From the NCBI GenBank assembly GCA_964016885.1, contig OZ024742.1, forward strand, positions 86,924,001-86,988,000: DNA of 64,000 nt, in the 5' to 3' direction. Both the position numbers and the translations under genes were made by a program. The stretch is from Eledone cirrhosa (Eukaryota). Shown here in pieces: positions 13,540-27,131 of this stretch. The stretch's first letter is position 1. Every line of letters begins with the position of its first letter. Below the pieces are notes generated by a model. That model was not told the DNA's origin and did no database searches. It saw only the letters and a list, made by a program, of their open reading frames with translations.

Positions 13540-14080
13540 AAATTTCGTATCTCCAAAAAATACGGTTTTAGGAAGTCGTAGTTATGCAAACACCGGGAGG
13601 CTAACGCCCTCTGGTGATGCCCAGCAGGGCGGTCACAACAGGGCGGTAGCCTCCGGTGTTTGCATAGTTACAGCTTCCTAAAACCGTATTCCTTTGGAGA
13701 TACGAAAGTTCTATATATATTGTATAAAGCTATGCTTGAAACGAAATGTTATTTCTTTTCTATTATAAGTTGAGCCAACTTATGCAGCTTCATATGTAAA
13801 TGAGATGAATGACCTCATTTACACAGACGAGAAAACTATATATTCTCGGCTGTCTTCTAGTCCAGCAGTCACAAGGGGTGGGAGGGATCGTGCTGACGAA
13901 GGCCAGTTAAGCCTGAAATGCATAGACGGTTATCCCCTGCCTCTGCTGGACATCACAACAGGGCGGTAGCCCCCGTTGTTTGCATAGCTACGGCTTCCTA
14001 AAACCGTATTTCTTTGGAGATACGGAATTTCTATACATATTGTATAAACCTATACTTGAAGCGAAATCTTATTTCTTTTA
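13540..14080 (+). repeat. pLTR-like unit: hairpin inverted repeat (13545-13712) plus a direct repeat of its right arm (13953-14078)
   Basis: TTTCGTATCTCCAAA..AATACGGTTTTAGGAAG...ATGCAAACACCGG and its reverse complement; TCACAACAGGGCGGTAGCC... occurs at 13633 and 13953. Confidence 0.8.
13887..13931 (+). ncRNA. Minimal type I hammerhead ribozyme
   Basis: CTGACGA-AGGC(cagttaa)GCCT-GAA-ATGCAT-A-GACG; palindromic stem III, AUA site, stem I with one mismatch. Confidence 0.8.
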
Positions 14081-14096
14081 TATATATATATGTATG

Positions 14097-14192
<96 letters not shown>

Positions 14193-14473
14193 TTGAAAAA
14201 AAAAATGAAAACGAAATTTAATTTCTCACTCTTAGTATGGCACTTACTTAAATGTAAGTATGTATGTATACAGACGTACAGTAGCATGCATATATATATA
14301 TATATATACATATATATACATACAGGTACACATACATATATGCACGCATCAGTTTAGCGGACGTTTATTTTAACGCCGCTTTGTTCGTTTGTCAACAAAC
14401 TGAACAGCCTGAATTTATGCCATACGGTGTTAAGGCAACCACGTCACCTTTTTGTTCAACACTGACACAGGAA

Positions 14474-14514
14474 CGATGTACTAGTTTCAAGCTTGTTAGC
14501 TATCATCAGCACCG
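14474..14514 (-). ncRNA. Minimal type I hammerhead ribozyme (family A)
   Basis: Minus strand: CGGTG-CTGATGA-TAGCT(aaca)AGCTT-GAA-ACTAGT-A-CATCG; GUA site. Confidence 0.85.
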
Positions 14515-14776
14515 TTTACCCATCTGCCAGATAGTTGAACGTTCGAAAGTATATACTTTCCTTATGAAAATTAACGGCTGAGCAGCCTAATTTGCATATT
14601 GAGTGAGTTAAATAGGTCAGGCATACCGAAAGCGATAAGTTGAAAAAAATGAAAACGAAATTTCATTTCTCACTCTTAGTATGGCACTTACTTAAATGTA
14701 ACTATGTATGTATACGTACGTACATATATGTATACAGACGTACAGTGGCATGCACATATATATATATATATATATA

Positions 14777-14901
14777 AAGAAAAAGGGATGAAATCGAAAA
14801 TGCAACTGAAGTCTTATTTTTTTTTAAAATATATATATTTATTTGGTTCCTTTAAAAAAATAAGACTTCAGTTGCATTTTCGATTTCATCCCTTTTTCTT
14901 T
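14777..14901. repeat. Inverted repeat (~50-bp arms) inserted into family A
   Basis: AAAGAAAAAGGGATGAAATCGAAAATGCAACTGAAGTCTTATTTTTT and its exact reverse complement. Confidence 0.85.
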
Positions 14902-14959
14902 ATACTTCCACTCGTGTAGGACACCTCGGTTATTTTTCATTTTGTAAAAAAAACCTCAC

Positions 14960-15142
<183 letters not shown>

Positions 15143-15301
15143 TATACATACATGTACACATACATATATGCACGCATCAGTTTAGCGGACGCTTATTATA
15201 ACGCCGCTTTGTTCGTTTGTCAACAAACTGAACAGCCTGAATTTATGCCATACGGTGTTAAGGCAACCACGACACCTTTTGGTTCAACACTGACACAGGA
15301 A

Positions 15302-15342
15302 CGATGTACTAGTTTCAAGCTTGTTAGCTATCATCAGCACCG
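15302..15342 (-). ncRNA. Minimal type I hammerhead ribozyme (family A, identical to 14474)
   Basis: Same sequence as 14474-14514. Confidence 0.85.
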
Positions 15343-15579
15343 TTTACCCATCTGCCAGATACTTGAACGTTCGAAAGTATATACTTTCCTTATGAAAATT
15401 AACGGCTGAGCAGCCTAATTTTCATATTGAGTGAGTTAAATCGGTCAGGCATACCGAAAATGATAAGTTGAAAAAAAATGAAAACGAAATTTCATTTCTC
15501 ACTCTTAGTATGGCACTTACTTAAATGTAAGTATGTATGTATACGTACATACATATATGTATACAGACGTACAGTAGCA

Positions 15580-15639
<60 letters not shown>

Positions 15640-16355
15640 TATACATACAGGTACACATACATATATGCACGCATCAGTTTAGCGGACGCTTATTATAACG
15701 CCGCTTTGTTCGTTTGTCAACAAACTGAACAGCCTGAATTTATGCCATACGGTGTTAAGGCAACCACGTCACCTTTTTGTTCAACACTGACACAGGAACG
15801 ATGTACTAGTTTCAATCTTGTTAGCTATATATATATATATACATATTTGAAAAAAAGGACAATAATGAGTTCACTTGTAGTTCTAAACAATTTGATTTAA
15901 TTATATAATATTATATTTTGGTAGATGTAGTAAGTTAGTAGCTATCTCAGTTTCACAATCGCCACCGACGAATGCGAGAAAGTTCTCCAGATATGTTATC
16001 CAGGAATCTAAAATTCTTCTGTACCAAGAATCTCACACATTTTCCAATATATATATATATAAATCACAAACATAAATTATCGAGAATCGCATTTCGGCCC
16101 ACGAAATAACGAAAAACCACCTCCGAGATGTGTGGCAAGTCCTCAATGATTCAGATGAACCAGAGCTATAACAAACGTTAAAGGACAAACACACTGAGAC
16201 GATGGTTAAACAATCATTCGCATACCCCAAAAAACGATCAAGTAATTTGGGTCAAACAAATATAAAATATCTGTGATTGAAAATTTACCCGGACCCATGG
16301 AAGGTTGGTAAAATCCAGCATTTGGGTTTCTGCGGCTCCTAAATCATATATATAT

Positions 16356-16399
<44 letters not shown>

Positions 16400-16401
<2 letters not shown>

Positions 16402-17539
16402 TAGGAAGTTGGAAATAGCACGGCAGATATGTTTAAGGGTCTGTTTTTCTTTTCTGATTCGTCAAAGTGACATTATTGAAAAGATAGTGTTTTTAAAAAG
16501 ATAATATTATTAAAAAAAGAGAGGGACAATTATTTTTTTAAAATTGTTTTCATAAAGTATATAAAGTGTATGAGAAAATTACCGATTTTGATGTATTTTC
16601 CATATTAAATATGTTTGTTGATGCCTCTGTAAACATAAGACATACTGCGTTGGAAAACTGATGCAGGAGTTTCTTTTCCATAAGTGGCCAGGGTCAGTCT
16701 TGTCAGTATCGCCTTTGGTCAGAGTCGGTCCTAGCTATTTGGTGTCCACCAGTTCCTAAGTCTTCCACCCTTCAACATGAATAATTGCTATATTCTGGTT
16801 ATTAATATTAACTAGAATCTTGTCAAATTCAATGAAAAAAGTTAATTAAAAAGGGAGTAAAAAAAGGTTTAAAATTAAAGTCAAACACGAATGTTTGAGT
16901 AAAATTTCTTCCATCATGCCTTCTGAAAAGTTGGCAGGGAATGAGAGCAAGTTGTTTTGAGAAATGTTGGTGTGAGAAATGTGCTGTGACTATTTTGTTA
17001 AAACTAGTGTTCAATAGTTCAAAAGAGGGGAGGGGGTTGTAGGAGCTGACTACTCTGGTAGGTTGGGATGTGTACATGTCCACCCTCCCCCCCCCCACAC
17101 ACACATGTAAACATATATAGTGAGAGTGTGAGGGTGTATATACAAGAGTACACACATGTCAGTGTGTGCGTATATGTATGCATAAATATATGTGGGATTG
17201 TTGTGTGGGGTTGTTGTGTGTGTCTTTGAGTGTGTTTTACAGTTTGTCTGTTAAAGTTACTTTTGTAGAGGGGAATTAAGAAAAAATTATTTTCTCTCCA
17301 AAATTCAAAAAAATTGTCAAAAGTTAAGAGCTGAAATCCAAAGGATTCCCAGAACGAAACAATTTAAAAATTACAAATTAAAGAATTGTCCTTCTATTTT
17401 TTTTAATAACACTATCTTTTTAATAATGTCAATTTGACGAATGAAAAAGGAAAAAGCAGACACTTAAACATATCTGCCGTGCTATTTACCATTTTATCAT
17501 TTCTCTGAACCCAACGTTTTGTATAGAACCTCACTTCCC

Positions 17540-17545
<6 letters not shown>
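16400..17545. repeat. Old inverted pLTR pair, distantly similar to the Neptune pLTR at 59 kb
   Basis: ATAGCACGGCAGATATGTTTAAG...GGACAATT (16415-16530) is inverted at 17385-17487; the 3' end TTTCTCTGAACCCAACGTTTTGTATAGAA resembles 59791-59820. Confidence 0.65.
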
Positions 17546-17589
<44 letters not shown>

Positions 17590-17594
<5 letters not shown>

Positions 17595-17937
17595 ACTAGA
17601 AATTGATTGACATATATATATATATATATATGTATATAAAATAAACATATGAAACAATCACAGGGGATAATTTGTAAAAGTGTGTAAGCACACATAGACA
17701 GGTAGGTAACTAATTAAACTTTAATTCGTGAAGTATCTGAAAAAAATAGATACCTTTTAAATTGATTAATCTTCCTTGTATATATATCATTAAAGAAATC
17801 AATTATGGGGCCGTGTATATATCCACAATCAAATTAAGAGTGTCATGTCAGGGAGACATGTGCCATATCCACTGTAGATTTTGCTCCAAGATTCCAATGA
17901 ATAGATCCGAGCATTTTATATCAACTAGAAATTGATT

Positions 17938-17988
<51 letters not shown>

Positions 17989-18520
17989 AACATATGAAAG
18001 AATCACAGGGAATACTTTGTAAAAGTGTGTTAGCACGCATAGCCATGTAGGTAACTAATAAAAGTTTAACTAGAATTTAAAAAATAAATACCAAAAATAG
18101 ATACCTTGATTAATCTTCCTTGTATGTATTTCATTAAAGAAATATATTTCACCATTAATCGATCGGTAAATCACAGTAGCCAAATCGGATTTTCAACTAG
18201 GGAGAAGATCTCTCTATTTGTGTTTACACAGCAAATTCAAATCTGCGAATGACTAGCAGCACGTGTTGCATTTTTTTTAAATACACACATCGTACCAGCT
18301 TCATCCCAATGGCGTGAATAGGGTTATCGAGAACTAGAAATAGCAGCCGAGTCCTTTCCACTGAGTTAGCTCTAAAGTTAAGGGGCCGTGTATATATCCA
18401 AAATTAAATTAAGGGAATCATGTCAGAAAGACATGCGCCATATCCACTGTAGAATATGCTCCAATATCCCAATGAATATTTCCGAGCATTTTATATCAAC
18501 TAGAAATTGATTGACATCTA
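17590..18520. repeat. Tandem non-coding repeat with internal (TA)n
   Basis: ATCAACTAGAAATTGATTGACAT at 17591, 17918 and 18495; GGGGCCGTGTATATATCCA...CCGAGCATTTTATA duplicated. Confidence 0.8.
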
Positions 18521-18549
18521 TCTATCTATCTATCTATCTATATATCTAC

Positions 18550-21500
18550 AAACACAACAGCTCCCCAAAACATACCCCTTCCAAATAACACAGAGACCAC
18601 AACGGACGAGGCCCCCACATCATCACCAAGTGATGATGAGGGAGAGCCTCTACGTTCTAAAGAAAGAAGAAAAGACGCCATAAGAACAAAAAAACAACAA
18701 ACTTTCGGTGACTTTGAGATCTACGCATCTCTCTGTCAGCCGGGGGGTGAGGGCGGGGTTGCCGTTTTGCTGCGGAAACACCTGGGCCTCGTAACACAGA
18801 GTACATCTGGATCCGGAGGGTCGACTGGTGGTCCTAGACGTTGACGGTAGTGAAGGTGGAGCCTTCATGCTGGTGGCCGCATATGCCCAATCCGGGACAG
18901 CGCGGCCAGACTTCTTCAAACGCGGCCCACTCCTTGCTTTTAATGGGGGACTGGAATGGATTCCTAGATGCACGGTGGGACTATGTGGGAGCATGTCCCT
19001 ATAAAGGGGGGTGTATCGTCCTCAAACAGTTGAACGGCCGATTTGACCTGGATGATAGATATCGACTAGATTTTCCGACTGTGCCTCTGTGGACGTGGAC
19101 TAATCATAGCGGAACATCTAGATCGTACCTAGATAGGGTTCTAGTTAGAAATAAGGATAAGGACATGTTAAGCTGTTCACAAATGTTCATGGTTGCTTAT
19201 TCAGATCACTAACTAGTGACCTGCATGGTCAACCTTGATAGAACACATAGACAAGGATCCGGCTACTGGAAGCTGAACTTGCCGTTACCGACATGCAAGG
19301 CCTACAGTAGACGGATTAGCACTTTAGTTAAACAGCACTTGACAGGGGCCATTGTCAACAACAGATGGTGGTACTCTCTCAAGAGGGCAGTTAGATTAGA
19401 CTCGTTAGTTTTTAGTAAAGAATTAGCGTTAGATAGACATAGAACCGAGAAAGAATTGGTAGATAAAGTAGAAGAGGCAATTAGAAGTGGCAACCTAGCC
19501 AGCGTGCTAGCAACGAGAACGGCCTTGGACCAGTTCTTCGACGCAAAGCTTGAGGGCTGCGTTGTCAGAAGCAAAATGCGTGCTCTGGGAAACGAGGGAG
19601 CCAAAGCTGTTAGCTGGGCCCGAGTGACGGAGGCAAATATTGGCAACAAGTCCACGATTCGGTGTTTGAAGGACCAAAACAGACGGGTGATACGTGAGCC
19701 GAATCAGATGTGTGCGGCCTTTCAGCGGCACTTTGCTCAGCTGTTCGGGCAGGGCGGCGCGCCAGGAGGGGCCATGGATTTCGGTCCATACCTCGACGGC
19801 CTACCGCGACTCTCGGACATCGAGGCAAAGTTCTGCGATAAGCCGATTTCAGCCGCTGAGATAGGGGACGCGTTGAGCCAATGCAGCACACGCAAATCTC
19901 CAGGTCTCGACAGTCTACCCTACGAATTTTACGTAGCAATACCGGACTTATTCTCCGGTCTCCTGGAAGCGGTCTATTGCAATTGGAAACAGAACGGGAG
20001 AATTCCCAGTTCTGTGACCGGGGGCGAAGTTACACTAGTCAGGAAGGAGGAGAATAAGCGGGATGACATAGGCAACTTCCGGCCCATAACTCTGCTAAAC
20101 ACAGAGTTACAGATTTTGGCCAAGGTGTTCGCAAAGAGGCTGGCGCTTGTCGTCGAGAACCTGGTGGGAGAATCGCAGACATGCTCAATCCCGACCGGGT
20201 CCATACACGACAACCTCCACCTCATGCGATACATCATCAGATGGTAGGGTGGAAATCCGGCTTCTGTGGGGCCCTGATCAACTTGGATCAGTCTAAGGCT
20301 TTCGATAGGATTGACCATCGTTACCCGGATACGGTGCTCGAGGCGGCAGGCTTCGGACCCGTGTTCAGGGGCTGGATTACTGCAATGCATAACAGCAACA
20401 TCTGATCAAGGATTAAGGTCAACGGCTACCTCACAGAGCCGTTCCATATCACGCGATCCATTCGACATGGATGCCTTCTCTCTTCCCTTCTGTACGTATT
20501 GACTCTCTATCCACTACTGCGGAAGTTGGAGCTATTGCAGGGCATCCCTCTGGAACCGGGACTGCGGAAAGCGGCGTCGGCCTACGCCGATGACGTGACA
20601 GTAATGGTGTCGAGCGCCTTGCAAATCGAGGAGGTCGGCCCTTACTGAAGGAATACGAACCATCGGTTTGCAACTCGGATCGTGGAGAGGGAAACCGATG
20701 CCTTCCGATGGCGTCGTCGGACGCTGCACGGAAGGACCAGTACAGCTGTTCCGGGTCTGGTTTTGTCCTGACCTCCAGGTGGAGAAGAACTAAAACGAGG
20801 TGTCGGCCAAGGTTTTTGCACTCACCCAGAAGTGGGCCGAGTGCAAACTATCATTGAAAGGTCGAGCGGAGGTGGCGAACACTTTTATAGCGTCCGCCAT
20901 CTACTACCGCTTGACCGTCGTGCCTTGTCCAGCCAAAACGATAACCAAAATGGAGCGCGCGCTCTTCCAATTTCTCTGGATGAAACGGGCTCCTTTGGTG
21001 AGAAGATGCATCTGCTGCCAACACCCTTCCAACGGAGGGATGTGGATGCCGTGGCTGACGATGCGCAAACACGCGCTCAGGCTGCAGCATCTCTACGTAT
21101 TCGTCACCGGACAACCGGTGTGGACCCGTTCGTGAGGCGAGCCTTCCTACAATTCGTCTCGCTGACGGAGCTGCAGTCCTGGGTCAAGCAAAGACCGAGG
21201 AAAATGAGCAACTGGCACATCGAATTTTCTCAGGCGCTCACAGCCTTCTGGCAGGCGGACCCGGCCATCAGTGGCGACTCCACTTCGTAATTCTATAGAG
21301 GGCTGATCCGCAGCATGTGCGACGACGTGCTCGGTGAAACTCTGAGCGTAGAGGAAGACGAACTGGCCAGTCTTTTCGGTATGACCTTCCGCCCGGGACC
21401 GATGGACAACTTCCAAAAGACTCTGGCTTGGCAGTGCTACCGAGGAGCTCTACCAGTTTGAGACAAGCTCTATAGACATGGGCACTCGGGCAGGGACCCT

Positions 21501-22170
21501 GCAAAAAAGATATGTCCGACGTGCGTACGAGACGAAAAAACCGTCGCGCACGCATTCATACACTGCCCGGGCGTCACCGACCTGTGGGGCTATGTGGAAC
21601 GACTATTGTCGCGGGTGGGACGAATCCAGTTGACCACGGAGTCCATTGTCATGATCAAGCCACCACCACCCTTCAAAAAGGAAGGAGAGGCGTTTTTCCT
21701 TTGTGTGATAGCTATGGCGAAAGAGGTTGTATGGTGGACTAGGTTGAAAGGGCTGAGGTCAGACACCTTTCTCTCCGGCCAACAACTGATTCTTTTTTTC
21801 AAATACCACTTTAGAAGAAGAATCAGGATGGAGAGAGAGGTGCTGTACCCCTGCAAGTTTTATGAAAGGTGGGTGAAAGCGGCGAGGGTGGCCCGAGTGA
21901 ATGGGCCTTCTCTCTATATCAGTCTGTAGGTTGAGGAAAAAGAGGAGGAAAGGAAAGGAGTACAAACTCTTCGTACTCCTGGAGATGAGGGTTGCACATT
22001 TTTTTTTCGGGGGTATGTGTTTCCCATATGTAATGTCTCCCCCTATTGGGGAAAATCGATTCATTTTTAAATTGCATTTGTGATAATATTTTACACGTTT
22101 TTATTGTATGTAAACTTCCCCCTTTGTATTTGTTCCCTTCTTTGTGCCTCTGTGGCTAATAAAGAAACAA
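18550..22170 (+). mobile_element. L1/Tx1-type LINE copy A (APE + RT + C-terminal Cys motif), decayed and internally deleted
   Basis: APE: GDWN, WTWTN..SRSYLDRV, AYSDH, GSGYWKLN; RT: KSPGLDSLPYEFY, NFRPITLLNTE, LDQSKAFDR, AYADDV (~20580); CPTC..THAFIHC; 3' GTGGCTAATAAAG followed by (CT)n(TA)n. Confidence 0.92.
19216..20247 (+). pseudogene. Longest remaining ORF2 segment of LINE copy A
   Basis: 343-aa ORF covering the APE end, linker and RT domains 0-2; frameshifted downstream. Confidence 0.85.
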
Positions 22171-22171
22171 A

Positions 22172-22271
<100 letters not shown>

Positions 22272-22817
22272 CCTTTCTACTCTTTCTTTCTATCTTTCTC
22301 CTTGCAGCCATCAACCCTGACTTTTCTACTTCTTCCTTTTCTTCCTTCTCTTCTCTCTTCTTTCTTTCTGTCTTCCTCCCGCAGTCTTATCTGCCTTCCC
22401 CTTTTTGTTTGCCTATATTTGGCCGGTAGTAGTTGTTTAGATACGAGTCCCATAGTATAAAAACATTTCTTCGCGACAATCCTGGCCTGACTGTAATACT
22501 GACCTTTCTTCCTCTTTCTTTCTGTCTTTCTTCTTATAGCTGACATTAACCCTGGCTTCTCTTCTTCTTACTTCCATCTTGTTCTCTCCTCTTCCTTTCT
22601 TTCTTTCTTTTAGCTTGTGGCATGAGATTAACGATAACTTATGTTCCCATCCCTTTCTGTTTTCCTTTATCTCACCGGTAGTAGCACACTGTAAGCTTTA
22701 ACCACGTCACTCGAGGTCGACCGGCAAAGGTAGAAGGTGCTGGATAGCGGTCGCCCTCGGGTCCTCAATTTTCAGCCCCATGGATGTTATCTATTACATT
22801 CACGTATTATATTTCGA

Positions 22818-22875
22818 ATACCTGATGATATCACCGGATTCATACGGAACCCGGTCATTGAAATGATCATAGTAT
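22818..22875 (+). ncRNA. Type I hammerhead ribozyme in a pLTR-like fragment (~22270-23070)
   Basis: ATAC-CTGATGA-..ACCGG(loop)CCGGT..-GAA-ATGATCAT-A-GTAT; palindromic stem III, AUA site. Confidence 0.75.
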
Positions 22876-23066
22876 AATAAACCTTTGAAGGATTTACACA
22901 AGTCCAGCCTCCTGTCATTTCATTATAATATTTAACTCCGTAATAGCACCACCAACTACAAAAACAAAGACGGTTGAACTGCTTTACGTTGAGTACTCTC
23001 TATATTATTACATTGCGATTGACCATATGGAATTGACCAGCTCTATCCAGTGGTGAACCTCAAACC

Positions 23067-23109
<43 letters not shown>

Positions 23110-23824
23110 CATGAAATCTATGATTTCATTAGCTAGCTTGTTTGCTTTTCAAGATGGGAAAATCGTGTTTTTTTAGCTGCTAATTCGGACAGAGTCCTTA
23201 AGTAAGTAGACTTTTTGCCGCTTTGTCGCAGTACCTCTGGATTTTTAGCGACATATGACCAGAGCGGTGAACTTCAATTATACATTTTGTAGATGAATTT
23301 GACAATAAAAACATTATTAACACATAAATCCTCTCTAGTTAAATTCACATGAGAAGAAAAAGTCGCCACGTTTACTATCATATACATCGCACTGTTCCTA
23401 CTCTGTCATTTAAACAAAATATATGAAATCTTATAAATCAACAAAATATTGATATTCTGTGTTATTGTTATTCTTTTTTTTTCATGGGTTGTGCCATACT
23501 AAATGAATTCGCTATTGACTCTTAGACTTTGTACAATACACTTTTGACCTTTCAATAAGATAGAAGTTAAAAGTTTACAACTTTTCACTATATAATTCTA
23601 TTTCAATATTATTCTTTAAATGTCACACGACGATATAACAATTTAAATCTGAGATTTTCAGCTTACGAGACATGAACCTAATAATTAAATTTCTCAAATA
23701 TATATTTCTTCCTCATTCTTTTATACAATATGTATTTCTTTGTTTCGTGACCTGTGTCAAATCACATTTTTATATTCATATAACAATTAGATCTCCTGAG
23801 CTATGTTTCTAAGTTCAAAAACGA

Positions 23825-23929
<105 letters not shown>

Positions 23930-24169
23930 CATTTTGAGTATATGTTGGTTGTTTACCGACACAACAGTATGCAGATTGCAGAACTCGACAAATTAAGCAG
24001 GTTGATTTGTTTACTCCGGTGTAATGTAAAATAATTACGTCAAATAGGAATCATATGATTCCAGTCCTCATAGAAATAACAACACAACCAGGAGCTGGAC
24101 ATATCGGAGTATTGACGGAGTAAAACACACTTAAACAACATGTGTACCTTTCTCTATCACACAATTCGG

Positions 24170-24225
24170 ACTGCCCGAAGACGTCACAACCAATGATGGA
24201 TGTCACCGAAATATATATAGCAGTA
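24170..24225 (+). ncRNA. Degenerate hammerhead (U4 to C)
   Basis: ACTGC-CCGAAGA-decayed stem II-GAA-ATATATAT-A-GCAGT; stem I is perfect. Confidence 0.55.
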
Positions 24226-24431
24226 TATCTATAATGTATAATAAACGAAGCTAACTGTCACCCATTTGACTTAATTATTTTATATATATATATATACCAA
24301 ATAAGAGTAGTTAAGACAATGCTATTTCACCATAATTGTAAAGTGTTTTGGGATCACTCGGACCAGCATATCCTGAAGACGTTACGACGTAAGACCTAAA
24401 TACAAACATCTTCTTCAATATATATTAATCG

Positions 24432-24501
<70 letters not shown>

Positions 24502-24617
24502 ACGCGTAGTTATTTCAGCTGTTAATGTACTACTGTGCCGCATGTTACAATCATGGCAATAGCTGACACGGACTGGAATAGAATTAGGTCGATTGATTTG
24601 TTATTAATTCGGTAAAA

Positions 24618-24727
24618 CCCGCTGATAAAGCTACCTGAGCCGATTGTGCATTGCTGCATAATAAATTCAGAAAGTGGATGCTGTGGACTCTATTACAGCA
24701 TTAAGTGTGACCGAAACTCGAGTACAG
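24618..24727 (+). ncRNA. Degenerate long-stem-II hammerhead, homolog of 38135
   Basis: CTGATAA...GCCGATTGTGCA...GAA-ACTCGAGT-A; flanks match the reverse complement of 38000-38250. Confidence 0.55.
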
Positions 24728-24967
24728 TTATTGATCTAAGCTACGCATTTTCGTGTATTGAAGCAAATAATCGTGTGTCTTCTCTTATCATTACCTCTTG
24801 AGTATTCTGAGATGCAACCGGTACTAGCAGTGAATTGTATGCTAATCACCTCCACCTCTTCTTATATATATATATAGTAATACTAATAAAATTAAAGACG
24901 AAAATTCAAAGAGGGCTCGGTAAGGATAAATATATATCACATATATAAGATCCGTAGAGCACATATT

Positions 24968-26160
24968 CATTAAAATAACAGATTAAAGTTTATGCAAATA
25001 ATCGCTGCTTTCTCTCTTAACGGATCTTCTGAAACTAAAAAAAATCAATCTGTGAATGCAGAAGTAAATATTTCGAAAAACGTTGCAATCGAAGGAAGAC
25101 AGGAAGACGATACTTGGTCGTGGAAACTTTCCCTGTCAAAGAACGAAAAAAAAAACGAAGATAATACGTCATAATTACGAACGGTGAAAACAATTACACG
25201 CGAAGACAAAACCAAGTTTATAGTATAAATGAAGTCGTAGACTATTTTTCTATTAGGTGGTTCGTGGAGATGTTCTCTGGCAATGAACGGAAAAAGCGAA
25301 GATAATACGTCATTGTGTGGATCGGTGAGAACAATTACACGCAAAGACAAAACCACGTTCATGGTATAACTGAAGTCGTAGACTAACATTCGAATTAGGA
25401 AACCGAATGATACTAGTCTTCAGAGTTAAGAAAAATGTAACTAAATTACAGTGGTAATTGAAATCAACAAAAATTAAAAATACACATGCACGCATCCATA
25501 TACGTACATACACATGCATACGCGAAAACACCCGCCATGGGTATGCAAATAGTAGATTGTGTTTTGTGTACGTGCTTGTATTTGCATACCCATGGCGGGT
25601 GTTTTCGCGTATGCATGTGTATGTACGTATATAGATGCGTGCATGTATATTTTTAATTTTTATTGATTTCAATTACCACTGTAATTTATTTACATTTTTC
25701 TTAACTCTGAAGCCGAGTATCATTCGGTTTCCTAAATAGAATTTTATTCTACGAATTAAGTTATACCACACACGTGTTTTTTCTTTGCGTTTAATAGTTC
25801 TCACGCCCCACACACTGACGTATTATCTTCGCTTTTTCCGTTCAATGCGAGAGAAAGTCTCTACGAACCACTTAATAGGATTTTAGTCTACGACTTCATT
25901 TATACTATAAACGTGGTTTTGTTTTAGTGTGTAATTGTTTTCACCGCTCCTAATTATGACGTAGTATCTTCGTATTTTTTCCGTTCTTTGCCAGGGACCG
26001 TCTTCACGCATCAAATAATCGTCTTCCTGTCTTCCCTCGGTTACAACGTTTATCGGAAATTCTACTTCTGCGTACACAGAGTAAGCTTTTTAGTTTCAGA
26101 TGATCCCGTTAAGGGTGAAAACAGCGATTCTTTGCTTAAACTTTAACCTGTTATTTTAAT
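24968..26160. repeat. Large fold-back: ~590-bp inverted arms with a 27-nt spacer (25552-25578)
   Basis: Inner ~170 bp nearly perfect; outer termini TTAAAATAACAGATTAAAGTTT and AAACTTTAACCTGTTATTTTAA; same family as 58556-58940. Confidence 0.9.
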
Positions 26161-26199
26161 AAATATATATATATATATATTAATGTATATATATATATA

Positions 26200-26525
26200 T
26201 TAATGTATGTATATTATATTTGGCAATATACAGTATGTTTAATTAAACACATTTAGAAGACCATACGCTATCAGTTTTAAAGTAGTGAGTATGTCACTTA
26301 CTTGTTTTCGGCGAAATAAGGGAGATGCGGTGACAGCCTGTTTCACGCTTGCTGGCGTTCATCAGAGCCACGTATTCCCCTGCTTCCGCAGAAAATTATA
26401 GGAGCCGGATTCTAATAGAATTCCAGTAATAATCAGGAGCTGATTATACAGAGCCATTGCCGGTCAAGTAAAAATTAGGTATTAGGATCGGTGCTCTGAA
26501 ATAGCGATGTATACATGAATGTATA
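26200..26525 (-). mobile_element. Single ~320-nt HHR-bearing unit (family B, canonical-core subfamily)
   Basis: Colinear with 29333-29651 (TAATCAGGA..TGATTATACAGAGC..TTGCCGGTCA...GCTCTGAAATAGC.AT). Confidence 0.8.
26326..26370 (-). ncRNA. Type I hammerhead ribozyme, canonical C3:G8 core
   Basis: Minus strand: GGCT-CTGATGA-ACGC(cagcaa)GCGT-GAA-ACAGGCTGT-C; GUC site; stem I decayed. Confidence 0.8.
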
Positions 26526-26620
26526 TATATATATATACATAAGTATATATATCTATATATCTCTCTCTCTATATATATATATGGTATAACTGAAGTCGTA
26601 TATATTAATATAAATATATG

Positions 26621-27026
26621 TATATTGGTAAGCGGAATAGAAAATGCTGACAAATTGTTCACAGTTGAAAAATGGTTTAATTAGGAATAAAAGAGTATTA
26701 GTGATAGTATGGGTTAGTATTCAGTTGTGGTTTTAAGTTTTTAAGTTTTTACCGGTTGCGCATTTCTAAATGCTTTTCAAAAATAATTTTGAGATAGAGT
26801 GTCCGTGCTGTTTGCTCTGATCTGATCAGAGCAAACAGCACGGACACTCTATCTCAAAATTATTTTTGAAAAGCATTTAGAAATGCGCAACCGGTAAAAA
26901 CTTAAAAACTTAAAACCACAACTGAATACTAACCCATACTATCACTAATACTCTTTTATTACTAATTAAACCATTTTTCAACTATGAACAATTTGTCAGC
27001 ATTTTCTATTCCGTTTTCCAATATAT
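26621..27026. repeat. Near-perfect ~200-bp palindrome with a 1-nt spacer at 26823; each arm carries an atypical HHR-like motif
   Basis: ...GTTTGCTCTGATC T GATCAGAGCAAAC...; motif TTGAAAA-GCATTT(ag)AAATGC-GCAA-CCGGT-A at 26866-26896. Confidence 0.92.
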
Positions 27027-27056
27027 AATAACTTGTGTGTTACACCTCTATTCTTT

Positions 27057-27131
<75 letters not shown>

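Noticed and set aside
18290-18335. Possible decayed minus-strand HHR in the 17590-18520 repeat
   Set aside because: Several core mismatches (TCGATAA, GAAG) and no stem I
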